A DNA stretch of 64,000 bases from Mobula hypostoma (taxonomy: Eukaryota): NCBI RefSeq assembly GCF_963921235.1, contig NC_086097.1, positions 209,686,001 through 209,750,000 on the forward strand, given 5' to 3'. Below are positions 50,230-62,649 of the stretch, in pieces (position 1 is the stretch's first letter; each line of letters opens with the position of its first letter). Both the position numbers and the translations under genes were made by a program. The notes under the pieces were generated by a model, which searched no databases, was not told the DNA's origin, and was given only the letters and a program-made list of their open reading frames with translations.

Positions 50230-50880
50230 AGGGTCCTGGCGAGGATGCTACAAAACCTCCATGAGCAGGGTGGGTAGGATCCTTCGTGATGTTACTGGCA
50301 CTTTTCCAGCACCTTTCTGTATATTTGTCCTTGATGGCAGGTAGGCTAGTACCAGTGAGGCATTGGGCAGCTTTGACTACCCGTTGTAGAAACTTACCAT
50401 CTGTCGCGGTCCAGTTTCCGTACTAAGCAGTGATGCAGCTTGTAAAGATGCTGTCTAGGGCACATCTATAGAACAATGTGAGTATAGATATGCATAATAC
50501 AGCTCTCTTCAGCCTCCTCAGAAAGTAGAGGCATTGGTGAGCTTCCTTGATTGTGTAGGGATGAGAGGTTGTGTGAGATGTGCACTCCTAGGAGTTTGAA
50601 ACTACCCTCAGTTTCCATTGCTGTGCCATCGATGTAAAGGGGGGAGGGCTTGAGTGATTCGAGTTCTCCTGAAGTCAGTAATCATCTCCTTTGTCTTGTT
50701 GACACTAAGGAAGAGGTTGTAAGTCTGACCTCAAGCTCTTCCATCTCCTCTCCGTCAGCCATTTATTGTTATTGGCGATGAGCCCCGCCACCGCCATGTC
50801 ATCGACAAACTTAATGTGATTACTCGGGTGTTTGGCCATGCAATCATGTGTGAGCAGAGTGTGCAGCAATGGGCTCAGAT
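50230..50880 (-). mobile_element. Rex1-type LINE fragment
   Basis: Homologous to 31780-32170 (cagcctcctcagaaagtagaggcattggtga). Confidence 0.75.
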
Positions 50881-51177
50881 TATCATCATGGTTTCATAAG
50901 TGTTAAGAGCCCAAAGGTACAATTAAGGGAAGGGTGTCTTCACGATTAAAGAGCTCTTTTCAGTGACAGCCTATGATATGTGAGTCATGGAACAGAGACC
51001 TTTCTCCCTGATATACATGCATTGGGGTTCTGAGCCACCATCTGCAACACCAGCATCAGAGGTACAGATCAAGGCATTTGTGACTTCAAGCTGTTTCAAC
51101 CTGCAGTTAAGGTTGCTAGCAGTGAAATGTTTAAGGTATTTTAATGATCAGGGAGCATTATATAAAAAGTGATATTG

Positions 51178-52130
51178 ATCCATAGAACAAAGACCATTAA
51201 ACAGTGCAACGCAGTAACAAGCCCTTTGACCCTGTGCACGATGCCAGCTCATCCCCATTCAATTGTAAATGACCTGTATCCTGTTGTCTGCCTGTTCACA
51301 CATCTCTCTAAATGGCTCTTAAATGTTGCTGTCCTATCTGCTTTTACCACCTACCTTGGCAGGATGTTCCAGGCACCTACTTCTCTCTGTGTATAAAACT
51401 TGCATCGCTAATCTTATTTAATTATCATCCTTTCAACCTATGCCTCTAGAATTTGACTTTTTAGCCCCAGGATAAAGACAATGCCTCTCATTATTTTACA
51501 TAAATCTATGATGCTTCCCACACTCTAGTGAAAACAATCCAAGTTTGCCCACACTCTTCTTATAGCAAATACTTTTTAATCCTGGTGAACAACTTCTGCA
51601 CTCTTCCCAAAGCCTCTACATCCTTTCTATGGAGAGCAGTGAGCAGCATTGCACATAATACTACAAATATGGCCAAACCAAAATATCATGCAGCTGCAAC
51701 TTCACCTACCAGTTTTTATACTCAGTGCCCCTATTGATGAAGTCAAGTATGCCTTGTACCTTCCTTTTCATTCTATTTGTATACGTTGCCACTTTCAGGG
51801 AGCCTTGGGCTTGCACTACGAGTACGTGCATCGATGTTTCTAAGGATCCTGACACTTAAAATATACTTTCCTTTCACATTTGACCTCCAAAAATGCAATA
51901 TATTACACTTGTTTGGATTAAACCCTATCTGTCATTTCTTGCCTAAATTCCCAACTGATCTGTTGTATCTTTCCTCACTCGTCATAACTCCACCAATATC
52001 CATGTCGTTGGGAAACTTATTAATCAAATCACCTACTTTTTTTCCCCAACTCACCACTGGTTACAAATCTCCAGTCAGAGAAACTGCCCTCCACCATCCT
52101 CCTCCATCTTCTGTGACCAAGCCGACTTTG
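51178..52130 (-). mobile_element. Old CR1 fragment
   Basis: catagaac tail, ctggtgaacaacttctgcactct, cacttgtttggattaaac motifs. Confidence 0.65.
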
Positions 52131-53715
52131 TATTTTCAGCATGATGTATTCCTTGTTATATTGGGAATGAAAAACTAACGTTGGTCATAAATTTTGATAG
52201 ATGTTCTGGCAGAAAGGAATGAATGGTAATGAAGTCATCATATGCATTAAACATGATGAGAAATAGCACCTGTATTCAGATGAATCAGTACACAGTCCAC
52301 TTTCTCAATGGATAAGACTTAAAAAAGGAAATATGCACAAACACTTCAAAATGTGAGCAAAATCTTTTTGTTCAATTTACATGTGAAAATTAGATGCAGG
52401 TTATTCCCTTATCTTGTTAATTATGATTCAATTACTTGGAGAGAACAGCATGAGGGGCAAGCAACTACAATGTGTGATTTTCTTAAACTGGTATTTTCTG
52501 ACTTTAGTTCAGATTTGTGGCATTTAGTGATTACTTTTATTTTTATCCCATGCTTGTGTAAAAACCTTCGTAATGAAATTCTCTAATGATGTTCCAAAGA
52601 ATAAAATTTACATTCTCTGATGATATACTGCATTAACTGAACAAGTCAACCCTTAACACAGAACTTTCATGTTTGATCACTTCAGTGACTTCACTGGCAT
52701 TGGGATTAGCTGTGTTGTATTTACTACCTTTTGTCTCCTTGCTACGGTGAATTTGGAATTGCTAAAGGAAAGATCGGTATGCAGCGATATCAGTGCTGGC
52801 ATTCTATTTGCAATGATAAGCCAGTGAAGATGTTGTAACTCTAAAATGAGATGAGCTCATTACCTCTGTGTTTACCTTAGCAGTTCTGTTCCTAGTTTCA
52901 GCAGCCCAGGCTGTTTTGCAGATACCCCGTGCAAAATTGTGCATAAATTACAAACAGCATCTAAATTAACACTGGATGTTGAATAATTTTCTATCCAGTA
53001 ACACGCCACAACTGTTCATAAAACAGTGGGTGATTTTTCTTCATTGCTGGTTGCAATGATTCATTTGCAGTGCTGATATTTTTTTATTTGTAAGTGATGA
53101 GAGTGATTTGAGCTGTTTCAAACTATTTTAAGGGTGATACACAACTAGTGAAAACATCAAAAATTATTCCAGTTTTATTCTTTCTAAATAATCCCTTCTT
53201 GCAACAGATTGTTACACATCCACTAACCCACTCCAATGCTTGTGACCAAATACGTGATAACAGGTTTTGTTTTTGTGCAGAATGTCATGTTCATGGAAGT
53301 AAAGGAACTCGTGCTTGGGACATCAAACTGGTTGTTGCTGATGGATCCAAAACCCTTTTTCTATGCAAATCCACTGCAAAGCTAGAGTGAGCTGTGGCAG
53401 AAATTGGTGACAGATATAAAGAAAGCTCTGTAGCTGTTACAATTTATTCTGCATTATTATTGTTTTGCCTTGTTCTGCCTTTATACACTGTGTGATAATT
53501 TGCTCAGTATGAACAGTCTGCAAGACAAGCTTTTCAATGTATCTTGGTAAATGTGACAAAAATAAACCAATTCCATTGACCAATTAGCATTGGATCCCAC
53601 ATGGAAACACTCAGCAGTTTAAGCAGATTCCCTTTCCCTGCTTGTCTCTTGATTTGCAGATTAGGAAGAAAATATAAATTCACAGTTATTTAAAGCACTT
53701 TTAATATGTTTTAAA

Positions 53716-54485
53716 ATAACACACACAAAATGCTGGATGAACTCAGCAGGTCAGGCAGCATCTATAGAGAGGAATTGGGCTGAAACCCTTCATGAGGACT
53801 GGAAAGGAAGGTGGAAGAAGCCAGCACAAGAAGATAGAGGAAGAGAAAGGAGTACAAGCGGAAGGTGACAGGTAAAGCCAGGAGAGGGGAGGGGAGATGA
53901 ACTGAGAAGCTGGGAGGTGATAGATGAAAAAGGTTAAAGGGATGAATAAGAAGGAATCTGATAGGAAAGGAAAGTGGGCCAGGGAGAAAGAGAAAGAGGA
54001 GGGGCACCAGAGGGGCATGATAAACAGCTGAGAAGAAGAGAAGGGGTGAGAGAGGAGCCAGAGTGGGAAATGGAAAAGGAGAGAAGGGGAAGAGGGAAAA
54101 ATAACTGGAAATTGGAGAAATTAATATTGACACCATCAGATTAGAGGTTACCCATGCGGTTTATGAGGTGTTGTTCCATGGATCGACATGTTGGAATGGG
54201 ACTGGGGATTGGAATTAAAATAGTTCACCAGTGTGAAATCCTCTCTGTTGAAGATGAAGCAAAGATGCTCAACAAAGCGGGCCCCCCAATATACATTGGG
54301 TCTCACCAATGTAGATGAGGCCACATTGGGAATACTGGATACGGTAGATGACCCCGACAGACTTGTACGTGAGATGTTGCTTCACCCAGAAGGACTATAT
54401 GGAGTCCTGAATGGTGGTGAGGGAGAAGGTGACTGGGCATTTGTGTTATTTGCTGGGATGAAGGGCTGGAGGGAGATCAGCGGTA
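53716..54485 (-). mobile_element. Old PLE (decayed GIY-YIG and pLTR)
   Basis: Homologous to 16170-16990 (ggtctcaccaatgtagatgagg = YIGET on minus). Hammerhead partly deleted at ~53776-53802. Confidence 0.8.
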
Positions 54486-55213
54486 TTCCCAGTGTGGCTT
54501 AGGATAGCAGGTTCTAGTATCCATAGCAGCAAATACTAATGCAGTTTCCTGTTACATAAATGAAGAAATATACGAATGTAACAATGGACACACTCTACTT
54601 ACATAACAAGCAAGGTGTAAATACTTTCAGATGGAAAGACCCCATCTCCCCAGGTGATAATTTAGCCAGATTTTATTACCAACTAAAGATAATAGCTGCC
54701 ACTTGCTGTCAAGTTTTGTGGCCAAGCATTCAGGCCAATACCAGACTTTTGAGGTATCAAAACTGTAGACATTAGCACTATTTGACAGAACTTTATAGCC
54801 AGAAAGACAAGATTAAACATGGCACTCTACTACAAGTACATGGAAGGTCATACAAGTGTTGTTATCCCACTGACTTTATGATCTGCTTTTGTGATAAATA
54901 TGGAATAAATTTAGCTTTAGTAACCAAATGGAATTCTGACTTATCTTCTTTTGAAGATGTTTCTAAAAGGCAAATAGGAGATTAATGAACTATTAACAAA
55001 TTATCACAGTGTGGAGAAATGCTGCTTCTGGCACTGACCTTTCTCTGTATACAGGTGTGTGCACAATAGTTCCAAATTAGTGGATGTATACATTTTGTCA
55101 AAATACCGGGATGTGTTCAGTATAATACCATTAGTCAGGATGAGTGCAGAGGTTAAATGGGTTACCTACACATTACTGCACTTAATACCTTTAGGCATAC
55201 TCTGGAGTTTATA

Positions 55214-56560
55214 ATAAGACCATAAGACATAGGAACAGAATGTGCCCATTCAGCACATCAGGTCTGCTCCGCCTTCAATCATAGCTGCCTTATTTTCCCT
55301 CTCAATCTCATTTTTTGCCTTCTCCCCATAACCTTTGACAGCATTACCAATCAAGAACCTTTTAACTCTGCTTTAAATATGCTCAGTGACTTTGCCTCAA
55401 CAGATTCACCACATTATAGCTTAAGAAATTCCTCCTCATCTCTGTTTTAAAGGGATATCCTTTTATTCTGAGGCTGTGCATTCTGGTCCGAGACTCTACC
55501 ATTCCTGGAAACATCATCTCAACATTCACTCTGTCAAAGCATTTCAATATTTAGTAGCTTTCAATGAGAACCCCCCTCCATCATCTTTTTACCCTCCAGT
55601 GAGTACAGTCTCAGAGTCATCAAACACTCCTCATACATTAACCCTCTGATCCTCACAATCACTGTGATAAACCTCTTCTGGATTCTTGCCAATGCCAGCA
55701 CATCATTCCTTAGATGCATGTCCAATTTCTGAATTCTCTCTCCATTTAGAGAATAGTCTACACCAGGGGTTCCCAACCACAGTTTATGCCATGGAGCCAT
55801 GCTATTAACTGAGGGGTCCGCAGACTGCAGTTTAAGAACCCCTGGTCTGCACCTTTATGCCTTCTACCAAAGTGCATGACCGTACATTTTTCTACACTGC
55901 ATTCACCTGCCAATTCTTTGCCCATTCTACCAATACTGATCAAATCCTTCTGCAGACTCCCTGCTTCCTCAACACTAAATGCCCCTCTGCCTATTTTTGT
56001 TTCATCACAAACTTTACCACAAGGGTATCAATTCCATGGTCCAGAATATTAACATATGACATGTAAAATAGCGACACTATACTGACCCCTACAGAACCCA
56101 CTAATCACTTTATTCCCACTCTATGCCTTCTGCCAATTAGCCAATCTTCTGTCCATGCTTAGTATCTTTTCTGTAATGCCAGGGGCTCTCTTATCTTTTT
56201 TAGCAGCCTCAAGTGCGGCAGCTTGTCAAAGGCCTCCTAAAAATCCAAGTCAGCAACATCCACTTACTCGCTTTTGTCTAATTTGTTTGTTGAATTCTCA
56301 GACAATTCCAACAGATTTATCAGGCAAGATTTCCTCTTTGGGAAACCATGCTGACTTAAGCCTATTTTTATCATTTTCATGCAAGTATCCCAAAAAATTC
56401 ATTCTTCGAAAAATGGAATCTAAAATGGTAACTGCTATTGAAGTCAGCCCAACTGGTCTATCATGCCCTGAATTTTGCCTCTATCCTTTAAAGAGTGGAG
56501 TGATATTTTTGATTTTTTTTCTCCTCTGGAACCATTCCTGACTCCAGTGATTCTTGAACA
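55214..56560 (-). mobile_element. Degraded CR1
   Basis: ataagaccataagac tail, LALARIQKRF..LYSLE, QHGF motif on minus. Confidence 0.85.
55764..55844. mobile_element. 81-bp hAT (Charlie-type) MITE
   Basis: Termini caggggttcccaac / gtttaagaacccctg, 8-bp TSD gtctacac / gtctgcac, inside a CR1. Confidence 0.85.
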
Positions 56561-56567
56561 ATCACAC

Positions 56568-56947
56568 CAATCAGCATCAACATCATCATGTGCCATGTCG
56601 ATGATACAGGCGATCATGGTCCCATGACCATGATTGTTCTTGGCAAATATTTCTACCAAAGTGGTTTGCCATTGCTTTCTTCTGGGGAGAGTCTACGAGG
56701 TGGGTGACCCCAGCCATCATCAATACCCTTCAGAGATTGTCTGCCTGGTGTCAGTTGCTGCATAACCAGGACCTGTGATATGCAGCAGCTACTATTTGAC
56801 CATCTACCACCTGTTTCCATGGCTTCAAATGACCCTGATCATGGTGCTAAGCAGATGCTACACCTTGCACAAGGGTGATCTGCAGGCTAGCGGAGGAAAG
56901 GAGCATCTTGCACCTCCTTTAGCACAGATGTATCTCCACCCTGCCAT
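56568..56947 (-). mobile_element. RTE-related SINE / bipartite non-autonomous element
   Basis: Minus strand has the Bov-A-like gaagaaagcaatggcaaaccact motif and ends catggcacatgatgatg, matching the local RTE 3' end catggcacctgatgatg. Confidence 0.7.
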
Positions 56948-56949
56948 AC

Positions 56950-59215
56950 AGAAATTACAGGTAAAATAAAAAGACTCTGATGGGAGTTATATGCAGGCCT
57001 CCAAACAATAGCAAAGATGTGGGCTACGAATTACAATGGGAGATAGAAAAAGTATTTAGAAAGGGCGATGTTTTAATAGTCATGGGGGATTTCGATGAGA
57101 AAATCAGGTTGGTGCTGGATTCCAACAGATAGAATTTGTAGAATGCCAACAAGATGGATTTTAGAGCAGCTTGTGTTTGAGCCCACTAGGGGAAAGGCAA
57201 TTCTGGTCGGGTATTGTGTAATGAATGCAGAATTGATTATGGGGCTTAAGGTACAGGAGACAGTGATCATAATATGATAGAATTCATGCTGCAGTTTGAG
57301 GGGGACAAGTTAAAGTCAGATGTATGAGGACTGCAATGGAGTAAAGGGACATGAGAGATGTACAGAGACATGAGAGATGCCAAAGTTGACACTAGCAGAG
57401 ACGGTGGCAGAAGTACAATAGCTGGAGTTTCTGGGAGCAACTTGGAAGGCACAGCATAGGCCCATCCCAAAGATGAAGAACTATTCCAAAGGGAGGATGA
57501 CACAACCGTGGCTGACAAGGAAAATCAAAGACAGCATAAAGCAAAAGAGACGGCATATAAGATAGCAAAAAATAGCAGGAACTTAGAGTATTGGAAAACT
57601 TTTTAAACCAACAAAAGGCAACTAAAAAGCTGTAAGGAGAGCAACGACGAAATATGAAGGTAAGCTGTGGACGCTGAAATGTCTGAAGGTGGATAAGTCA
57701 CCTGGACGACATGGTGTACACCTCAGGCTTCTTGAAGGAAACTGAAGAGATTCTGGAGGTATTAGTAATGATCTTCCAGAATGACTATATTCTGGAATGG
57801 TTCTGGAAGACCAGAAAATTGCAAATATCAGTCCAAGAGAGGGAAGCAGAAGAAAGGAAATTATAAACCAGTTGGCTTGACTTCAGTGGCTGAAAAGATG
57901 TTGGAGTCCATTATTAAGGATGAGGTTTTGGGGTACTTGGAGGCACATGATAAAATAGGTCAATGTCAGCATGATTTCCTAAGTGGAAATCTTGGCTGGT
58001 AAATCTGATGAAATTCTTTGCGGAAATAACAGGCAGGATAGACAAAGGTAAGTAAGTGGGTGTTGAATACTTGGAATTTCAGAAGCCCTTTAACAAGATA
58101 CTATACATGAGGCTGCTTAACAAGATAAGAGCCTATGGTATTACAGGAAAGATACTGGTATGGATAGATTGGCTGGCCAAGAGTGGGAATAAAGGGTGCC
58201 TTTTCTGGTTGACTGCTGCTGACTCGTGATGTTCCACAGGGATCGGTTTTGGGACCGATTCTTTTCAAATTATATGCCAATTATATGGATGGTAGAATTG
58301 ATGGTTTTGTGACCAAGTTTGCAGATAATACGAAGATAGGTGGAAGGGTTGGTACTGTTGAAGAAGCAGAGAGTCTGCAGAAGGACTTAGACAGATTGAG
58401 GAAATGGCCAAAGAAGTAAAAATGGAATTTAATATAGGGAAGTGTATGGTCATGCACTTTGTTAGAAGGAATAATGGCATAGACTATTTTCTAAACAGGA
58501 AGAAAATTCAAAATGCAGAGGTACAATGGCACTTGGGAGTTCTTGTGCAGGATTCCCTAAAGGTTAACTTGCAGATTGAATTGGCAATGAGGAAGACAAA
58601 TTCAATGTTAGCATTTGTTTCAAGAGTACTAGAATATAAAAACAAGGATGAAATGCTGCGGATTTATAAGGCATTATACAGACTGCACATGGAGTATTGT
58701 GAGCAGTTTTAGGCCACGTATCCAAGAAAAGATGTGCTGGCATTGGAGAGGGTCCAGAGGATGTTCACAAGAATGATTCTGGGAAGGAAAAGATTGACAT
58801 ATGAGGAGCATTTGATGGCTCTGGGTCTGTCCTCAATGGAGTTTAGAAGAATGAAGAACGATCTCATTGAAACCAACTGAATATTTAAAGGCCTAGATAC
58901 AGTGGATGTGAATTACAGTGGGTGAGTCTAGGACCAGAGGACCCAGCCTCAGAATAGAGGGAAATCAACTTAGAACAGAGATGAAGCAGAATTTCTGTGG
59001 AAGTCATTGCCACAGACAACTGTGGATGCTAAGTCAATGATTATATTAAGTGGAGATTGATTGGTCCCTGAATAGTAAGGGTGTCAAAGGTTATGGGGAG
59101 AAGGCAGAAGAATGGGGTTGAGAGGGATAATAAGTCAGTCATGGTGGAATGGTGGAACAGACTCAATGGGGAGAATGGGCTAATTCTGCTCCCATGTTTA
59201 TGGTCTTCTGGTCTA
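56950..59215 (+). mobile_element. Long degraded CR1
   Basis: gggagttatatgcaggcctcc (YRPP), GNYKPVGLTS, tttgcagataatacgaag (FAD.TK), LHMEYCEQF, 3' UTR. Confidence 0.88.
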
Positions 59216-59249
59216 ACTAATGCCTCCAGAATCGCAGAGACCTGTGCTG

Positions 59250-60450
59250 TACTCCATCTTATCCAGGTGACTAATTTACCTGGAGATCTTTCAGTTCCCC
59301 AAGAAACTTCACCTTAATAATCGTGAATACACTCATTTATGGCTCCTTACTCTCTTGAATTTCTGGCATATTAATGATGTATTCCACACTAGAAACGGAT
59401 GCAAAATATTTATTTGTTTCATCCCCCATTTCTTTGTCCCCCATTACTACCTCTCCAGCATCATTTACCAGCCATCAGATAACCTCTCTTTTACTGTTTA
59501 TATATCTGAAAAATCGTTTGGTATTCTCTTTTATATTATTGCCTAGCTTACCTTTATATTTCATATTTTCTCCCTTTATTGCCTTTTAGTTGTTTTTGTT
59601 GTTTTTTATAAGCTTGCCAATCCTCTAGCTTCCCAATAATTTTTGCAATATTGTATGCCCTCCCTTTTGCTCTTATGCTGTTTTTGACTCTTTTATCAGC
59701 CACAATTGCTTCATTCTCCCTTAGAATGCTATTTCTTCATTGCGATGGAATGATCCTGTGTCTTCTGAATTATTCTCAAAAACTCCTATTGCTGTTCTGC
59801 TGTCATCCCTGCTAGGGTCCCCTTCCAGATAACTTTGGATGGATTTCCTCTCATGCTTCTGTGGTTATATTTTCTCAAAAGTAATAACAATGCATCTGAT
59901 TTTAGATTTTCCCTCTCAAACTTCAGGGTGAATTTTATGATCACTGATCATATTATGATCACTGCTTCCTAAAGATTCCTTTGCTTTAAACTTCATTATC
60001 AATTTGGTTAAATGCACAACACCCAATCCAGAAATGCCTTTGCCCTAGGTGCTCTAAGATAATCATCTCTTAGGCTTTCAACAAATTCCTTCTCTTGCAG
60101 TCCAGTGCCAACCTAATTTTCCTACTCGACCTACACGTTACAGTCCCACATGACCATTGTAACCTTGCCTTTCATACACGCCATTTCTATCTGCTGTTGT
60201 AATTTGTACCCCATATCCTGGCTACTATTCGGAGGCCTGCATATAATTCCCATTAGGGTCTTTCTACCCCTGCATTTCCATACCTCTACCCAAACAGAGC
60301 CAGCCCACCCTCTCTGCCCCCTTGCCTGTCTTTTCAGATGGACATGTGTCCTTGGATATTTCGATCCCAGCTATAGTCTTCTTTCAGCCACAACATCATA
60401 CCTGCCAATTTCTAACTATGCTATATTTTCATCCACCTTCTTTTGTATAT
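59250..60450 (-). mobile_element. Degraded CR1 (endonuclease-linker region)
   Basis: Reverse-complement homology to 56950-57650. Confidence 0.7.
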
Positions 60451-61249
60451 TGTGTGCACTTTATAATTTAAGGCCTTTTAGGATCAATCAGAATAATCAA
60501 GAACAGTCAGCATGGATTTGTTTACAGAGTTTAGTCCTTTTATTTTGTGGACCTATGCGATTCATAAATAGTTTGAAGTGGATGTAGAGTCTGTATATAT
60601 TTCCAGGAGGTTTTCAATAAGCCCTCTCAAAGCAATTATGTTTAAATTTCACTTTTTCTTGTGATAAGATGCAACACAAGATTAGGATTAGGGATTGTTC
60701 TTTGTCTTGGGGGTTGGTTGAAAGGAATATGTCTTAGGGACCTGTTGTAGCACATCTCAAATGAAATAAAAATAATTTGAATTTGAACATTAGAGTACAT
60801 TATCAAACTTTGCTCTGTTCAGTTGACATGAATCGCAAAAGGGATTTAAGTGAGAGGGAGGGGAGCTGTAAGAGGTTTAGAGAGAGCATGGATAGTTTAC
60901 TTGACTGGGCAGACCTACAGCGGATGTAATTTTCTGTAATATTTAAGATATTTGATTTTGTAAGAAATACTAATCATAGAATGGAACTTTGAGCAGAGAA
61001 ACCAACAAATGTTTCTGGCAGATAACACAGTAACAAAGAAAGGTACCACTTGCGGATTTCAAAGTAGGGATTCAGAGTATAAAAACAGAAAGAGATTAAG
61101 ATAAACATGTAAAAGCAATGGTGGATTACCAACTGTAGTCTATGTAGATGGTATTATTGAAAATACATTAATGTCATTGTTAGTGCATCACATTGATTCA
61201 CCAAGATGATAACATAAACAGCAACCTTTTGTTTTAAGGATAGAGAGAG

Positions 61250-61500
61250 TCATAGACTCATACAGCAGACGTACCAGGTACTCTGCTTCATGTTGACCAA
61301 TGAGTACTTTAAACCTAATTTGATTTTGTTCTCTCCTTATTCTCATCAGCTTCCCCATCTACATATTATAGCACTCAGTTACACCCTAGGGGCCATTTTC
61401 AGTTGCAAAATAACCTACTAACTCACACATCTTTAGGATGTAGCAGGAAATCGGAGCACCCAGAGTAAACTTACATGGTCAAAGGGAGAATGCGCAATCC
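61250..61500 (-). mobile_element. V-SINE fragment
   Basis: catctttaggatgtagcaggaaatcggagcacccagagtaaacttacatggtcaaagggagaatg is the reverse V-domain. Confidence 0.65.
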
Positions 61501-61899
61501 TTTTTCGATTCGATGCTCTACCCGTGTGGTCGATTCGCCCAAAAATGGCGTCTCTAAGTACTGCTGTTATATCCTCCATTATCAAAAGGGCAACACAGCC
61601 ACCTCATTTACCTGTCCCTCTGTCACACCTGATGCATCTGTACCTTGGCATATTGAACTGCCAGTCCTTCTTGCAACCATGTTTTTGTAATAGCTCTAAC
61701 ATCCTGTAATGAAAATATTTAAAAATACAGTATTTGTTATTTTGTGATTCAGCAGCAAGAAGTATTTTGAAACAATGGAGACACAGTGCACATGTTGAAG
61801 GTTATAAACTACTTTATTAGGATGATATGAAAACTGCTCATTAATTACTGAAAACTACAGAGCATTAGAATACAAAGAATACTTATCAACCACTCAGTG

Positions 61900-62448
61900 A
61901 ACTGATCTACACAATTCTGGAGGGAACCCCGGCTGTTTCCATGATTTTCCCTCCCTCCCCCCTTCCTCTCTCCCTTCCTCTCCCCAAGTCTCGTCACAAA
62001 TCTCATCCAACACCCCTTACCCTAGTACTTTCTCCAGGTAGAGTATCAGGTTGTACCTGTACCTGTATCTCATTTCCCCTTCCTGGACAAGCATGCTGTT
62101 CATCCTTACCTACTCTCAAGGCTGTGGACCAGGACCCTTTTACTTTCTCAATATATTCCCACACATATCTCCTTCTCACTAGTGATCAACACTGGCGCGC
62201 CTCAGGGGTGTGTGCTTAGCCCACTGCTCTACTCCCTTTATACCCATGACTGTGTGGCTAGGTATAGCTGAGATTTGCTAATGATATAACCATTGTTGGT
62301 AGAATATCAGATGGAGATGAGGGGGTGTAGAGGGACGAGATATACCAGCTAGTTGAGTGGTGCTGCAGTAACAACCTTGCTCTCCATGTCAGTAAGACCA
62401 AAGAGTGGATAGTGGATTCAGGAAGTGTAAGGTGAGGGAACACAAGTT
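61900..62448 (+). mobile_element. Rex1-type LINE fragment
   Basis: actggcgcgcctcaggggtgtgtgcttagcccactgctctac (TGAPQGCVLSPLLY), tttgctaatgat, aacaaccttgctctc. Confidence 0.7.
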
Positions 62449-62449
62449 C

Positions 62450-62645
62450 CTGGGTGGGAGAGTGGCATCAGTACCTGTCTTCGGGGCGAGTGGTCACAGG
62501 TTCAAGTCCGGCCTGCTTCTTAGATGCTTTCCATCCATGCTGGGTTAAGCATTGAGTTAGCAACTCGGCCTTGTAAAAAAACAGACAACATGCTAAAGAA
62601 ACTGCAAGATTGCCGCCTGATGCACCGCAAGGCATGGAGAAGATT
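62450..62645 (+). mobile_element. tRNA-headed SINE with RTE-like body
   Basis: B box ggttcaagtcc, then gggttaagcattgagttagcaactcggccttgtaaaaaa resembling RTE 5' UTR motifs. Confidence 0.55.
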
Positions 62646-62649
62646 AATG

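Noticed and set aside
62460..62515. tRNA gene
   Set aside because: B box present but no cloverleaf, so it is a SINE head.
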